From positions 15,763,480 to 15,827,479 of the forward strand of contig CM121342.1 in NCBI GenBank assembly GCA_051530055.1: a DNA stretch of 64,000 nucleotides, in the 5' to 3' direction. Below are positions 38,601 to 51,116 of this stretch, piece after piece. A program made the position numbers and the translations under genes. Position 1 is the first letter of the stretch. Every line of letters begins with the position of its first letter. This stretch comes from Neoechinorhynchus agilis (Eukaryota; Animalia; Acanthocephala). The notes beneath the pieces were generated by a model. That model searched no databases. It worked only from the letters and a program-made list of their open reading frames with translations, and was not told the origin of the DNA.

Positions 38601-41600
38601 CTAAATTCGTTTTAGATATTCAATGCCAAAAATGTATATACTGAGTTTCTGTCTAAATCAGTTTAGTAATATTCTTTTTAAGTCCCACAATCTTCTTTCC
38701 TCAGTTGCACTTCATTTTTTGTGCCTTGAACAAATGTTGGACCAAGTCTAATTGGTAAAAGTATTGTTTTATTTTCTAAAATGTAACCACTAACAAAACT
38801 GGATTTTCGTTGCGTCATGGGATTCCGATTAAATTGCCCCGTTTTGTGTAATGAAATCCAGGAACCCAACCCTGCTTCCCGTCCTTTCAATGTCGTCAAA
38901 CACACGATTCAATGCCGTTTAACAAAATATAAAACATTTGAGGGTTTTTTAGGCTGTTCATTTTTTAATTAGCTCATTCACGGCAGTTTCGTTTGCATTG
39001 AATGAACAATCCATTCTCCGTTCAAAAATGCTCTAAATTCGTTTTAGTGATTCAATGTCAAAAATGTAAATACTGAGTTTCTGTCTACAAATGAACATCG
39101 TTAAATCAGTTTGGTAATATTCTTTTTAAGTCCCACAATCTTCTTCCCTCAGTTGCACTTCATTTTTTGTGCCTTGAACAAATGTTGGACCAAGTCTAAT
39201 TGGTAAAAGTATTGTTTTATTTTCTAAAATGTAACCACTAACAAAACTGGATTTTCGTTGCGCCATAGGATTCCGATTAAATTGCCCCGTTTTGTGTAAT
39301 GAAATCCAGGAACCCAACCCGGCTTCCCGTCCTTTCAATGTCGTCAAACACACGATTCAATGCCGTTTAACAAAATATAAAACATTTGAGGGTTTTTTAG
39401 GCTGTTCATTTTTTAATTAGCTCATTCACGGCAGTTTCGTTTGCATTGAATGAACAATCCATTCTCCGTTCAAAAATGCTCTAAATTCGTTTTAGTGATT
39501 CAATGTCAAAAATGTAAATACTGAGTTTCTGTCTACAAATGAACATCGTTAAATCAGTTTGGTAATATTCTTTTTAAGTCCCACAATCTTCTTCCCTCAG
39601 TTGCACTTCATTTTTTGTGCCTTGAACAAATGTTGGACCAAGTCTAATTGGTTAAAGTATTGTTTTATTTTCTAAAATGTAACCACTAACAAAACTGGAT
39701 TTTCGTTGCGCCATAGGATTCCGATTAAATTGCCCCGTTTTGTGTAATGAAATCCAGGAACCCAACCCGGCTTCCCGTCCTTTCAATGTCGTCAAACACA
39801 CGATTCAATGCCGTTTAACAAAATATAAAACATTTGAGGGTTTTTTAGGCTGTTCATTTTTTAATTAGCTCATTCACGGCAGTTTCGTTTGCATTGAATG
39901 AACAATCCATTCTCCGCTCAAAAATGCTCTAAATTCGTTTTAATGATTCAATGCCAAAAATGTAAATACTGAGTTTCTGTCTACAAATGTACATCGTTAA
40001 ATCAGTTTAGTAATATTCTTTTTAAGTCCCACAATCTTCTTTCCTCAGTTGCACTTCATTTTTTGTGCCTTGAACAAATGTTGGACCAAGTCTAATTGGT
40101 TAAAGTATTGTTTTATTTTCTAAAATGTAACCACTAACAAAACTGGATTTTCGTTGCGTCATGGGATTCCGATTAAATTGCCCCGTTTTGTGTAATGAAA
40201 TCCAGGAACCCAACCCTGCTTCCCGTCCTTTCAATGTCGTCAAACACACGATTCAATGCCGTTTAACAAAATATAAAACATTTGAGGGTTTTTTAGGCTG
40301 TTCATTTTTTAATTAGCTCATTCACGGCAGTTTCGTTTGCATTGAATGAACAATCCATTCTCCGTTCAAAAATGCTCTAAATTCGTTTTAGTGATTCAAT
40401 GTCAAAAATGTAAATACTGAGTTTCTGTCTACAAATGAACATCGTTAAATCAGTTTGGTAATATTCTTTTTAAGTCCCACAATCTTCTTCCCTCAGTTGC
40501 ACTTCATTTTTTGTGCCTTGAACAAATGTTGGACCAAGTCTAATTGGTAAAAGTATTGTTTTATTTTCTAAAATGTAACCACTAACAAAACTGGATTTTC
40601 GTTGCGCCATAGGATTCCGATTAAATTGCCCCGTTTTGTGTAATGAAATCCAGGAATCCAACCCGGCTTCCCGTCCTTTCAATGTCGTCAAACACACGAT
40701 TCAATGCCGTTTAACAAAATATAAAACATTTGAGGGTTTTTAGGCTGTTCATTTTTTAATTAGCTCATTCACGGCAGTTTCGTTTGCATTGAATGAACAA
40801 TCCATTCTGCCCTAAAAAATGCTCTAAATTCGTTTTAGTGATTCAATGCCAAAAATGTAAATACTGAGTTTCTGTCTACAAATGTACATCGTTAAATCAG
40901 TTTAGTGATATTCCTTTTGAAGTCCCACAATCTTCTTTCCTCAGTTGCACTTCATTTCTTGTGCCTTGTACAAATGTTGGACCAAGTCTAATTGGTAAAA
41001 GTATTGTTTTATTTTCTAAAATGTAACCACTAACAAAACTGGATTTTCGTTGCGCCATAGGATTCCGATTAAATTGCCCCGTTTTGTATAATGAAATCCA
41101 GGAACCCAACCCTGCTTCCCGTCCTTTCAATGTCGTCAAACACACGATTCAATGCCGTTTAACAAAATATAAAACATTTGAGGGTTTTTTAGGCTGTTCA
41201 TTTTTTAATTAGCTCATTCACGGCAGTTTCGTTTGCATTGAATGAACAATCCATTCTCCGTTCAAAAATGCTCTAAATTCGTTTTAGTGATTCAATGTCA
41301 AAAATGTAAATACTGAGTTTCTGTCTACAAATGAACATCGTTAAATCAGTTTGGTAATATTCTTTTTAAGTCCCACAATCTTCTTCCCTCAGTTTCACTT
41401 CATTTTTTGTGCCTTGAACAAATGTTGGACCAAGTCTAATTGGTAAAAGTATTGTTTTATTTTCTAAAATGTAACCACCAACAAAACTGAATTTTCGTTG
41501 CGCCATAGGATTCCGATTAAATTGCCCCGTTTTGTGTAATGAAATCCAGGAACTCAACCCGGATTCCCGTCCTTCCAATGTCGTCAAAAACACGATTCAA

Positions 41601-42902
41601 TGCCGTTTAACAAAATATAAAACATTTGAGGGTTTTTTAGGCTGTTCATTTTTTAATTAGCTCATTCACGGCAGTTAAGTTTGCATTGAATGAACAATCC
41701 ATTCTGCCCTAAAAAATGCTCTAAATTCGTTTTAATGATTCAATGCCAAAAATGTAAATACCGAGTTTCTGTCTACAAATGTACATCGTTAAATCAGTTT
41801 AGTGATATTCCTTTTGAGTCCCACAATCTTCTTTCCTCAGTTGCACTTCATTTCTTGTGCCTTGAACAAATGTTGGACCAAATCTAATGGGTTAAAGTAT
41901 TGTTTTATTTTCTAAAATGTAACCACTAACAAAACTGGATTTTCGTTGCGTGATGGGATTCCGATTAAATTGCCCCGTTTTGTATAATGAAATCCAGGAA
42001 CCCAACCCTGCTTCCCGTCCTTTCAATGTCGTCAAACACACGATTCAATGCCGTTTAACAAAATATAAAACATTTGAGGGTTTTTTAGGCTGTTCATTTT
42101 TTAATTAGCTCATTCACGGCGGTTTCGTTTGCATTGAATGAACAATCCATTCTCCGTTCAAAAATGCTCTAAATTCGTTTTAGTGATTCAATGTCAAAAA
42201 TGTAAATACTGAGTTTCTGTCTACAAATGAACATCGTTAAATCAGTTTGGTAATATTCTTTTTAAGTCCCACAATCTTCTTTTTTCAGTTGCACTTCATT
42301 TTTTGTACCGTTGAACAAATGTTGGACCAAGTCTAATACGTTAAAGTATTGTTTTATTTTCTAAAATGTAACCACTAACAAAACTGGATTTTCGTTGCGT
42401 GATGGGATTCCGATTAAATTGCCCCGTTTTGTGTAATGAAATCCAGGAACCCAACCCGGCTTCCCGTCCTTTCAATGTCGTCAAACGCACGATTCAATGC
42501 CGTTTAACAAAATATAAAACATTTGAGGGTTTTTAGGCTGTTCATTTTTTAATTAGCTCATTCACGGCAGTTAAGTTTGCATTGAATGAACAATCCATTC
42601 TCCGTTCAAAAATGCTCTAAATTCGTTTTAGTGATTCAATGTCAAAAATGTAAATACCGAGTTTCTGTCTACAAATGAACATCGTTAAATCAGTTTGGTA
42701 ATATTCTTTTTAAGTCCCACAATCTTCTTTCCTCAGTTGCACTTCATTTTTTGTGCCTTGAACAAATGTTGGACCAAATCTAATGGGTTAAAGTATTGTT
42801 TTATTTTCTAAAATGTAACCACCAACAAAACTGGATTTTCGTTGCGCCATAGGATTCCGATTAAATTGCCGCGTCTTGTGTAATGAAATCCAGAAACCCA
42901 AC
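29699..42902. repeat. Satellite array, ~30 monomers of 432 or 448 bp with partial dimeric higher-order structure
   Basis: Spacing of the repeated ORF copies is 432, 448 and 880 bp; monomers differ by a 16 bp indel (ACAAATGAACATCGTT) and linked substitutions. Confidence 0.97.
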
Positions 42903-43508
42903 TTTTTCGTAATGGGAAAAGCTAAAATAGATGACTGCGTTGCAGAAATATGCCGGTTGTGAGTTCGAGGGCTTTTCTCCGCCACGGTTATTGGAAAGAT
43001 CTTTCAGAAGCTCTGAACATTATTAAGCAAAAGGGGCTATTGTAAACGTCCTCAGCGTTTATCCAGAATTAGCGGAGAACAGACTGGGACTTCGGCGACC
43101 GCTGCAACCGTCACCATCGTCTCAACTTCTAGTTTTGTCATGGACAATTGTGATCTGGGATCACGAGACCTTATCTCAGTAATATGCGTGGGAGACCTTG
43201 ACGAATCCTCGAATCTTAGGCGGCCAAAGACGATGGAGACAGAATATTTTAAACTAGTGACCGTGCAGAAACGGCTTTGACGACTCGAATTACTGGGCCA
43301 TTGAATCTTTACATCTTGAACGTGATTTTTTGGAGGCAGCAAAATAACACATTAAACTGTGTTCATTCGAAACCGATTTTCCTTCAAATCTGCATTCCGA
43401 GACGTCGATTCATCCGGATTAATCGTCGAAACCGAGGCAGCCAACAATGACGACTAACATCCACATTCCGCACCCGTCACGTATTCCCCTAAAAACTCTC
43501 GTTTCTAG

Positions 43509-44767
43509 ATGAGTTCAAATGACAGCGATGGCGAAAGAGCGAGTCACGGCGTCCTAGTTGCAAGACGCGTAAGTTTCCAAGACGCTAGTTTCAAACAACC
43601 CATTGTCCCTGAAATCCTTGACTATTTGGGCCATCTTCCTTGTAGGTTAACAAAAGGAAGCTGCTTAAGGCCAGGCTGCTGCTTAAGTCGGACTCATTGA
43701 TGATTGACAATGAAGCCATTAAATATGTTTCTCAATGTTGGCATTTAACAACCCCAATCTTACTTATACTTCAGAACTCGTTCATGACATTGGTCGTTCG
43801 GCATATGAAGCTGAGAAAGTCGTACTCGTTTATGAACACAACAGCTGTCTTTTGGACAGAAATTATAAAATTGAAACTGTCATTGATCCTCATAGCACTC
43901 AACCATTCATCTTTCAGTGCTTTTCAGCAAACTCTTAGGCAAAAACTGTTTTCAGCCAATTTTACTACTCTTAAATCGTTCCTTCCTGCACTTCTCTACT
44001 CCTTTCAAAACAATCTCCTCTACATTGCAATGGGAAACCTCGACGCAGCTACTTTTCAAGTCTCATATCAGCTTAAAATACTCACCACTGCTGCCTGCAT
44101 GTGGTTGATTTTGGGAAAACGGCTATCTTTTACGCAATGGATTACCTGATACAATTAATGATCATCGGAAGGGCTACTAATCTTGGGATGATCGTTGGCT
44201 TTCTTATCAGATTCACTCGTTTTGATGTTCGTCGGCGTTGTCTTAGTTCAAACAAATTCAGTGCAATCAAACCAAAAGCACACCAATCCTCTTGTGGGAT
44301 TGAGTTCCACTCTCGCCGCTTGTGTCCTATGCAGCTTCGCGGGTGTGTATACTGAGAAAATCCTAAAGGACGATGAACTCGATACTTGGACTAGAAATGC
44401 TCATCTTGCCTTCTTCAGTGCAATTGTGTCCGGTTTTACAATGCTCATCTATGACGGAACCAATATAATCAAATTAGGACTTCTTAGCGGGTACGGTCCT
44501 CTCACATGGGCGGCGATACTGGCGCAAGCCTTTGGCGGACTGATTGTGGCTCTTGTAATTAAGAACCATGATAATATCATTAAAGCATTCGCTAATGTTT
44601 CATCGATCATTTTGTCGACTGTGCTCGCTGCCATGTATCTTGATACTTACATCACTCGTCAATTGGTAGCTGGGATGACTATTGTGCTCGTCAATATTCT
44701 CGTATATTTATACCACAAAGCTGTTTCTAAAAAAATCAAATCCATTGTAAAAACTTGTACATCGTGA
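43509..44767 (+). CDS. SLC35A-family nucleotide-sugar transporter (UDP-Gal/UDP-GlcNAc type)
   Basis: KYVS..LQN, PALLYSFQNNLLY, LDAATFQVSYQLKILTTA, FAGVYTEKILK, GGLIVALVIK.HDNIIK.F. A possible 29 nt GT-AG intron (43646-43674) links the upstream ATG; otherwise the start is 43700. Confidence 0.88.
44145..44213 (+). other. Non-canonical stem-loop intron in the SLC35A gene (69 nt; boundary may shift by 1-2 nt)
   Basis: Four in-frame stops; removal gives QWI(T/S)LVLMF; CTGATA/TATCAG and AATGATCATC/GATGATCGTT arms. Confidence 0.72.
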
Positions 44768-44979
44768 TGAAGTTTCAGAACTTGTTGCGATAAATCCTCG
44801 TTTGATCACACAACTTTTACGGACTGTCAAAACTAATAACCACTTGTAGTCGTGGATATATTACTAACTTCACAAATATTCGAAATCTTTTCATGCATCA
44901 ACAAGTGATTGTCAAAATAATACTTCGAAACGCGATCCTAACAAGGCAATTTTTAATGACCTCATTGTGCAATCTGATT

Positions 44980-46210
44980 CCTCGGTTGACGAGTATTTTA
45001 GCTTTATTTTATTTGCAAAAAGATCCATATTTATAGGACAACACAAGCAAAACCGAATACGCAATGCTAAACATTTGATTTTCTCCCTCTCACCGAATAC
45101 CTTTATAAGATTTTCTACTGACAAGCAGTGCGCCTTTAAACCCTACCACTACAAATTTGACTCCGTTTTATTCCCCTTTTCATACGAGAACAACACTCGC
45201 ATTCCCAATTCCATTCACCCTCTCTCAACCTTGCACCTCCTTCTACTTCTGCTCCTATTTCCATACTGTCCAATCTTCTCGAATATTATGACCCGAAATG
45301 AACCGGAGACAAGACCCAACCTCACAAACGTCCCTGCAAACAATACCAAGGAGCTTTCACACCCATCCGGACCAGTAATTTACTCCAAAATAAACAACCA
45401 CATTCAGGAAATATATCATATGGTTTGAGTGTTCACGAAGAGCCAGAGGTACATGGTTCTTCTACTTTGAACAATGAAATGTGTTATTATTTTAAGTTGA
45501 AAATTAGCTCTAATGATTAAAAGGTCACTCTCCGTTAACTTGTTAAGTTTTCTAACGCGGCTAATTCAATCGTGAGAATATCGGGTAGGGAGATGTCCGT
45601 TCTGGTGGGGGTTGGTGGTTACGGTTTGCAGGATAGCTTGTGAGGTTAGTCTCTCCTCAGGTTCATTTCAGATTATGATATCCGAGAAGATTGGGCAGCA
45701 TGGACCATTCAACGAAGGTGTGCAAATGTACAGACAAAAAGTGATTATTTTCAACAATGAAGCTAAAATCGTGTAATTCTACCCCCAGTTTGCCTTTTTA
45801 AACTTTGATATCTGTAGTCCAGCTTTATATATAAACATGTTTTGTTGATTGTGGTTGGTTGGTCGATTTTGGTTGGTTAATTTGTAGTTGTTGTGTTCCG
45901 TTCTTTCCTCCGAATCAATTCGCATTGGAAGGATTGAGCAGCGGGGAAGAAAGAGCGGAGTTAGAGATTTGTGCGAGGAACTGATGGATGGGAAATGTTG
46001 GGGCGACGAGTGTTGTAAGTGTGAGTAAAAGAGAATGAAGGCGCTTTGAATGCTTTTGAAAGATTAGAGAGAGGTGTTTTTCTAAGGGCAGGAGTTCGGA
46101 GGAGCAGATTAGAGTGCACCTCTAGTGAAATGTATTAAGTTTTTGGAAACGGCAAGAAGAAAAATTGCGGAAGGTTGGATATGCGCGTAGGTGATCGTTG
46201 GTAGGATGGT
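44980..46210. mobile_element. LINE 3' remnants in opposite orientations (plus ~44980-45460; minus ~45590-45730 and ~45930-46210)
   Basis: Similarity to 8950-9340 and to each other. Confidence 0.6.
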
Positions 46211-47101
46211 GGACATATAAAAGTACTTACGGTCATTGAATGAGAATCCAAGGAATCGGAGGCGTTTAAGAAGATAGAGTTTAGTGGGCCCTTCTCAAAT
46301 TAGGCTTTCGGTTATCGGAAAAATCTCGTATCCGAATGGTGTCCGACCGAATTATTTCGGATAAACGACGTTCTACTGTAACTGGTAATCGTCTTCCTCG
46401 TTTCCCGAAAAGAATATAAAAACACCGGTTCTAGAAAGGGCTGTTTTTAGATTTAAAAAGAGAATCGATGATGATTGTGCATTAAATTAACGGAAATCGA
46501 TGCACCTGATTACTTGATCGAGGATTTTCCTCATTTACAAATTTCAGATCCTTAAGTGTCAGTAAAAAAGAATTTATTAACACCTTTACAACCCTCCGTC
46601 AGAAGAAAAGCATTCGTCGATAATCCACAAAAAATTTCGCTCTTGATCTGCACGGAAGAAATAAAATGACGTTAGTTCGCTAAAATATAAAAGAATGATC
46701 TTCAGCGATATTTGAAAATAAAATTGGGATGTTTTTAGAGGCTCAGTATGTTATATTTGTTATGATTTCAATATGCTCGAATTTTTGTTTCGTGTAGGGA
46801 CCGTAATTGCACTTAAAAAATCCCTTTTATTGATTTATCTGCGCGTATGATATTAAAATTTGGCATTTTTCCCGCACTTCAATTTTAAGAAACGATCAAA
46901 AGCGGATCTGATTTGGTTTTTGCTTTTCCTGAAATCGGTTGTTATTTCTCATAAAATGAAAGCCGCTGGTTTGTGTTTTAATAAAATGCCTACACATTCT
47001 CTAAAAATCGCAGCATTCTGATTGGCTTAAAATTGAGATGAGGCGCAGTTAGATAATTAGAGTTCTTAAGAGCACAACGTGAGTGACACGGTCTTTTTAA
47101 G

Positions 47102-49318
47102 ATGTTGAATAAAGGCGATAAAGGACAAAGGTCCAAGAAGTTCAAAAAAGGCGCATTTCAATGCATGGGACTTCATCCTGCACTTTTGAAAGGTATTTTC
47201 GCTTGTGGATACAAGCAACCAACGCCCATCCAACGTGAAATGATACCCATTGCTCTGACTGGCTCTGATGTGGTTGCAATGGCACGAACGGGGAGTGGCA
47301 AGACTGCAGCTTTTCTTATCCCGATACTGAACCAACTGCTTTTGAACACTGATGATCTGAAGCACGAAATAGCGGTGACCCTGAAACCATTCGATAACAT
47401 TCGTGCACTGATCCTGAGTCCAACAAGAGAAATTGCGATTCAAACATTTAAGTTTCTGAAGAGGATTGGCAAGTACGTGTTGGGATCAAAGAATGGAAAA
47501 CTAAGTAGCGCATTAATAACTGGTGGTTCGGAAAGTCTTGACAGTCAATTCGATCTTTTAACGAATAATTGTCCACAAGTTTTAGTGGCTACGATCGGTC
47601 GGCTGCTTCATCTTTCCGTAGAGATGGAAGTCAAGAAGTTCCTTAATGTCAAATTTCTTGTCTTGGACGAAGCAGATCGCCTTTTTGAGCAAGCACGAGA
47701 GTCCAAATCAGACGAGGCTCTTGTACAGATTCATGAAATTCTTAAACGACTTCCTAGTGAAGGACGACAAAATATGCTTGTGTCTGCAACGCTTCCGAGA
47801 CAACTTATACAGTTCGCAAACGCTGGTCTTAACTCACCAGTAGTAGTTCGTTTAATTCATGTATTCGTGATCGGCTCGACGAAATCGGAAAGCAAGCCAT
47901 TACCGAAGGACATCCTGTTCTCCAACGTTTAGTTTTCACTCCTGAATTATTTATATGGGCTTTCGCGTTTCTTTGATTCATAAAATCAACATTCGATTAT
48001 CTAAATAATATCACGATTACATGAAAAAGACTCTGATATGCGATTAAGCCCATACTTATCAGACGTTCATTATATTATGTGCCGCCAAAACTATCAGTCG
48101 AAACTTTCGATTCTGGCTAATATGCTTGCCGATGGCCGTTACGTTCGACGACCGTGTGCCATATTTGTTGCCACCAAACACGACGTCGAGCTACTTTGCT
48201 CTATGATTGATCAACATTTAAATTTAGCCAAATGTGCCGGTCTTTACGGAAAGATGGACCAGGTGGCGCGCGAAATGGCCTTAAATAGATTCATAAATCT
48301 AAAAGCGGATTGTCTTGTTGTTACAGACGTTGCTGCGCGAGGGATAGATATTCCAGCATTGGACTGTGTTGTAAATTTCAACTTTCCTGCTACCGGAAAA
48401 TTATTTATTCATAGAATTGGCCGTGTAGCTAGAAGACCATCAGTTCACGGCTCAACAGCAATTTGTTTGGTCGCGGTAGACGAGATTCCCCGTCTTTTGG
48501 ACGTACATCTTTTGCTTGGATTTGAGATTGAAGACGATGACCGATTTTCACTTGAGCCTGGTTATTCGAATGCCCAATACGATGAAATTATTGGTCGGAT
48601 ATTAAAAGATCAGTTAAGTGAGGAGATTAAGCGAGCTTCAAATGGGTATTGTGCTTATTTGAGATCTTTGAAGCCTCCTTCAAGTCAATCAGTAAAGACC
48701 TTTAAAGAACAAAAGGAAAGGTATCAGGCTTTGTGTGCTACCGAGGGCAGTATCCGATTAGTTGATAAATGGAGAAATGCGAAAAAGTCCAAGGGGCTAA
48801 AGAATCCAATCGATAAAGGGATCAATGTAAAAAATTCTGACAAGAAAGCAAGTTTTAAAGATCTGGACTACTTTATTCCCTATAGACAAAGTGATTGTGA
48901 CCGAGAAGAGTTTCTCTCTCTTTCTAAGAACAATCTAAACGACGCTGTGGATGACACTGTTTGTGATGAGGGTGCGATGGAGATACAAAGGAATCGAAAA
49001 CCGAAGTTAAGGTGGGATAGAAAGAGGAAGAAGTACGTTAGTGTGAATATAGAAGAGCGGCAGTCTGTTGCAAAATTTAAGCGAGGACGATACAAGTCGT
49101 GGTTAGAAAAATCGAAGCATATTGATCGCATTGGTACTACATCCGATCAACAGGCCATGGATCAAGGCTTCAAAAGTCACGGTAAGGTTCGCCACAGAAA
49201 GAACCGCGAGCTTAAAAGTGTCCAACAAGTCCTGAAAAGGCGGCGGATTACGGGGGTGAAACAGAAATTCGAGAAATCGAGGAGAAGCTTGCGAAGTAAA
49301 CGGAAGGGCGTAAAGTGA
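47102..49318 (+). CDS. DDX54: DEAD-box RNA helicase DDX54/Dbp10
   Basis: FQCMGL..GY..PTPIQR, ARTGSGKT, PTRE, DEADRLFE, SAT, TDVAARGIDIP, HRIGRVAR, and C-terminal WDRKRKKYV. Confidence 0.93.
47855..48028 (+). other. Non-canonical stem-loop intron in DDX54 (174 nt)
   Basis: 15/16 bp terminal inverted repeat; removal restores VRL|DSDMRLS, matching the conserved RLDxxxx(L/V)S spacing. Confidence 0.78.
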
Positions 49319-49859
49319 TAAGAGAATTTGTTTTGTGGTTATGTAGGAAGATTGGTCATACAAGACGTTCAAGATATTATTATGCAAATTCCAAAGAACC
49401 TATTTGTTGAATATTATCGACTCTGCCGTTTTTATCTTTTTTACAATATTAATCCGGTTTAGACCATTGCGAGGTATCAGTAGATGGTTAGAATAATTGT
49501 TTTGATTTCACCTGAGGCGTTTGTCGCAAACCGCCCGTTCGGATTTTGACGATTTATTTTTTCATTGTAGATGTCCAACGTATACTTGCGTACGACCGGT
49601 CGGATTTTCGGAGCAATGGAATAGAAGTCCTCTCTCATTCCTGAGCTCTTAGATTTGGACAAGTTAAGCAGAAGGATTTCGCACTTCCTCGGATCCTCAA
49701 GAACTACACCATGTTCGCTATATAGTATGGCATCATCAACTTACCAAGCGTTAAAGCTCGATTCTAGGCGGTTGGTAACTTTGTCTATGACAAGTGCGAA
49801 TCCTGTTAAGGGGAAGAAATGGTGTTTACGCAAACAACACGAAGCGCAACAAATGGGAC

Positions 49860-50325
49860 GAACTTTCCGTTTCGATGTCGCTACTTTAACACACACTTCA
49901 CATGCTCACGTGCCTTTGTAGATTCCTGAATAAGCTGCAAGACGGCGAAAGATCAAGAATAAAGATTTTTCTCATACAACAGCCCACCAAAGTGTCAATT
50001 TAAAAACAACATTCAATCATGCGGCTAGAAATCAAGTAGTATGTTACAAGATTATGAACATGCGGTTGGGCAAACCGATTTTTGCTACTGTCACAAACTA
50101 CATAGCGATCTAAGATAGGTTGAAGGGTCAAGAGCAGCGAATTCCGCTCGTAAAGCGATTTTTTCAAAAAATATTGAGGGGACTTCGTTTTCAATATCTC
50201 GAAATCCATTTACGAGAAACGTAGTGCTTCTTTAGTACACACACTTCACATCTCCACTCGCCTTTGTAAGATCTTGAAGAAGTTGTAAGACGACGAAAGC
50301 TCGGAAATAAAGATTTTTCCTTCTC
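49860..50325 (+). mobile_element. Two decayed Penelope-like 3' ends with minimal hammerhead-like motifs
   Basis: Related blocks ~49890-49975 and ~50237-50320: (C/T)TGAA(T/G)A-stem-GAAA-palindrome-AATAAA. Confidence 0.5.
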
Positions 50326-50339
50326 TTTATTATTAAAAC

Positions 50340-50443
50340 ATTTTCCAATGTTAACTTAAAAACAAAACTTCAGCCTTTTCCAAGTGTTAATTTAAAAACA
50401 AAACTTCAGCCTTTTCCAAGTGTTAATTTAAAAACAAAACTTG
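50340..50443. repeat. 35 bp tandem repeat, ~3 copies
   Basis: CAGCCTTTTCCAAGTGTTAATTTAAAAACAAAACTT-like unit. Confidence 0.85.
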
Positions 50444-51116
50444 ATTTATCGGAACCAAACGGTGGGTTCTGATTCAATGGAAACAAAATCGTTCTACCCG
50501 AATTAGGCTTTTTTATTTACGGATTCATCAAATGATAATCACGCTGCAGTGCAAGCTGTTAACCGACTTCTGGAGCAAGGATACTCACATGGTGACATAA
50601 AGGGTAGTTTTAACAGAAATGTTTAAATTTGGAATGAATGTTAACGAGATTGAAACTAAATTTGCAGTGATGGTTAGAGTTATATTTTGCCAAGTAAAAG
50701 AAATTCATTCGAGCATTTTTTGTGAAATCTATGAAAAGTAATTGAAATAATGTTTAAAAACTTTCAAGCAAATTCAGCATTCAATGCAATCCGATTTTAT
50801 GGTTTTGTGAATGCTAGGACTAAGATTATTTCGAAGCATCGATACTTGCAGAATTGATCTTTCAGCATCGTTAGGAATGTTACCATATTAAAGCCTGCAT
50901 CTGATATTGTTAATTTAAATACCGACCATTGAATTTCAAAAACCTTACTTAAATTTTTTAACCATTCTGTGCGTGGCTCAGAAATGCAGCAAAAAAACAC
51001 GTCGAGTTCAAGAGTAGATTCCCAACTCACTACACGTTTTCCATTGCTCATCACTGAAGCGTTCATTGCACATTTAAAGATCTTTGCAACATTTCTACGT
51101 GCTTTGATAAAACGAA

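Noticed and set aside
30758-41593. Repeated 75 aa ORF (MCLTTLKGREAG..) as a tandem gene family
   Set aside because: GTG start, no recognisable domain, frequently broken by indels; a by-product of the satellite monomer.
43732-43755. QCWHLTTP insertion after KYVS in SLC35A as an in-frame micro-intron
   Set aside because: No stop, a weak stem and no TA boundary; could simply be divergent protein.
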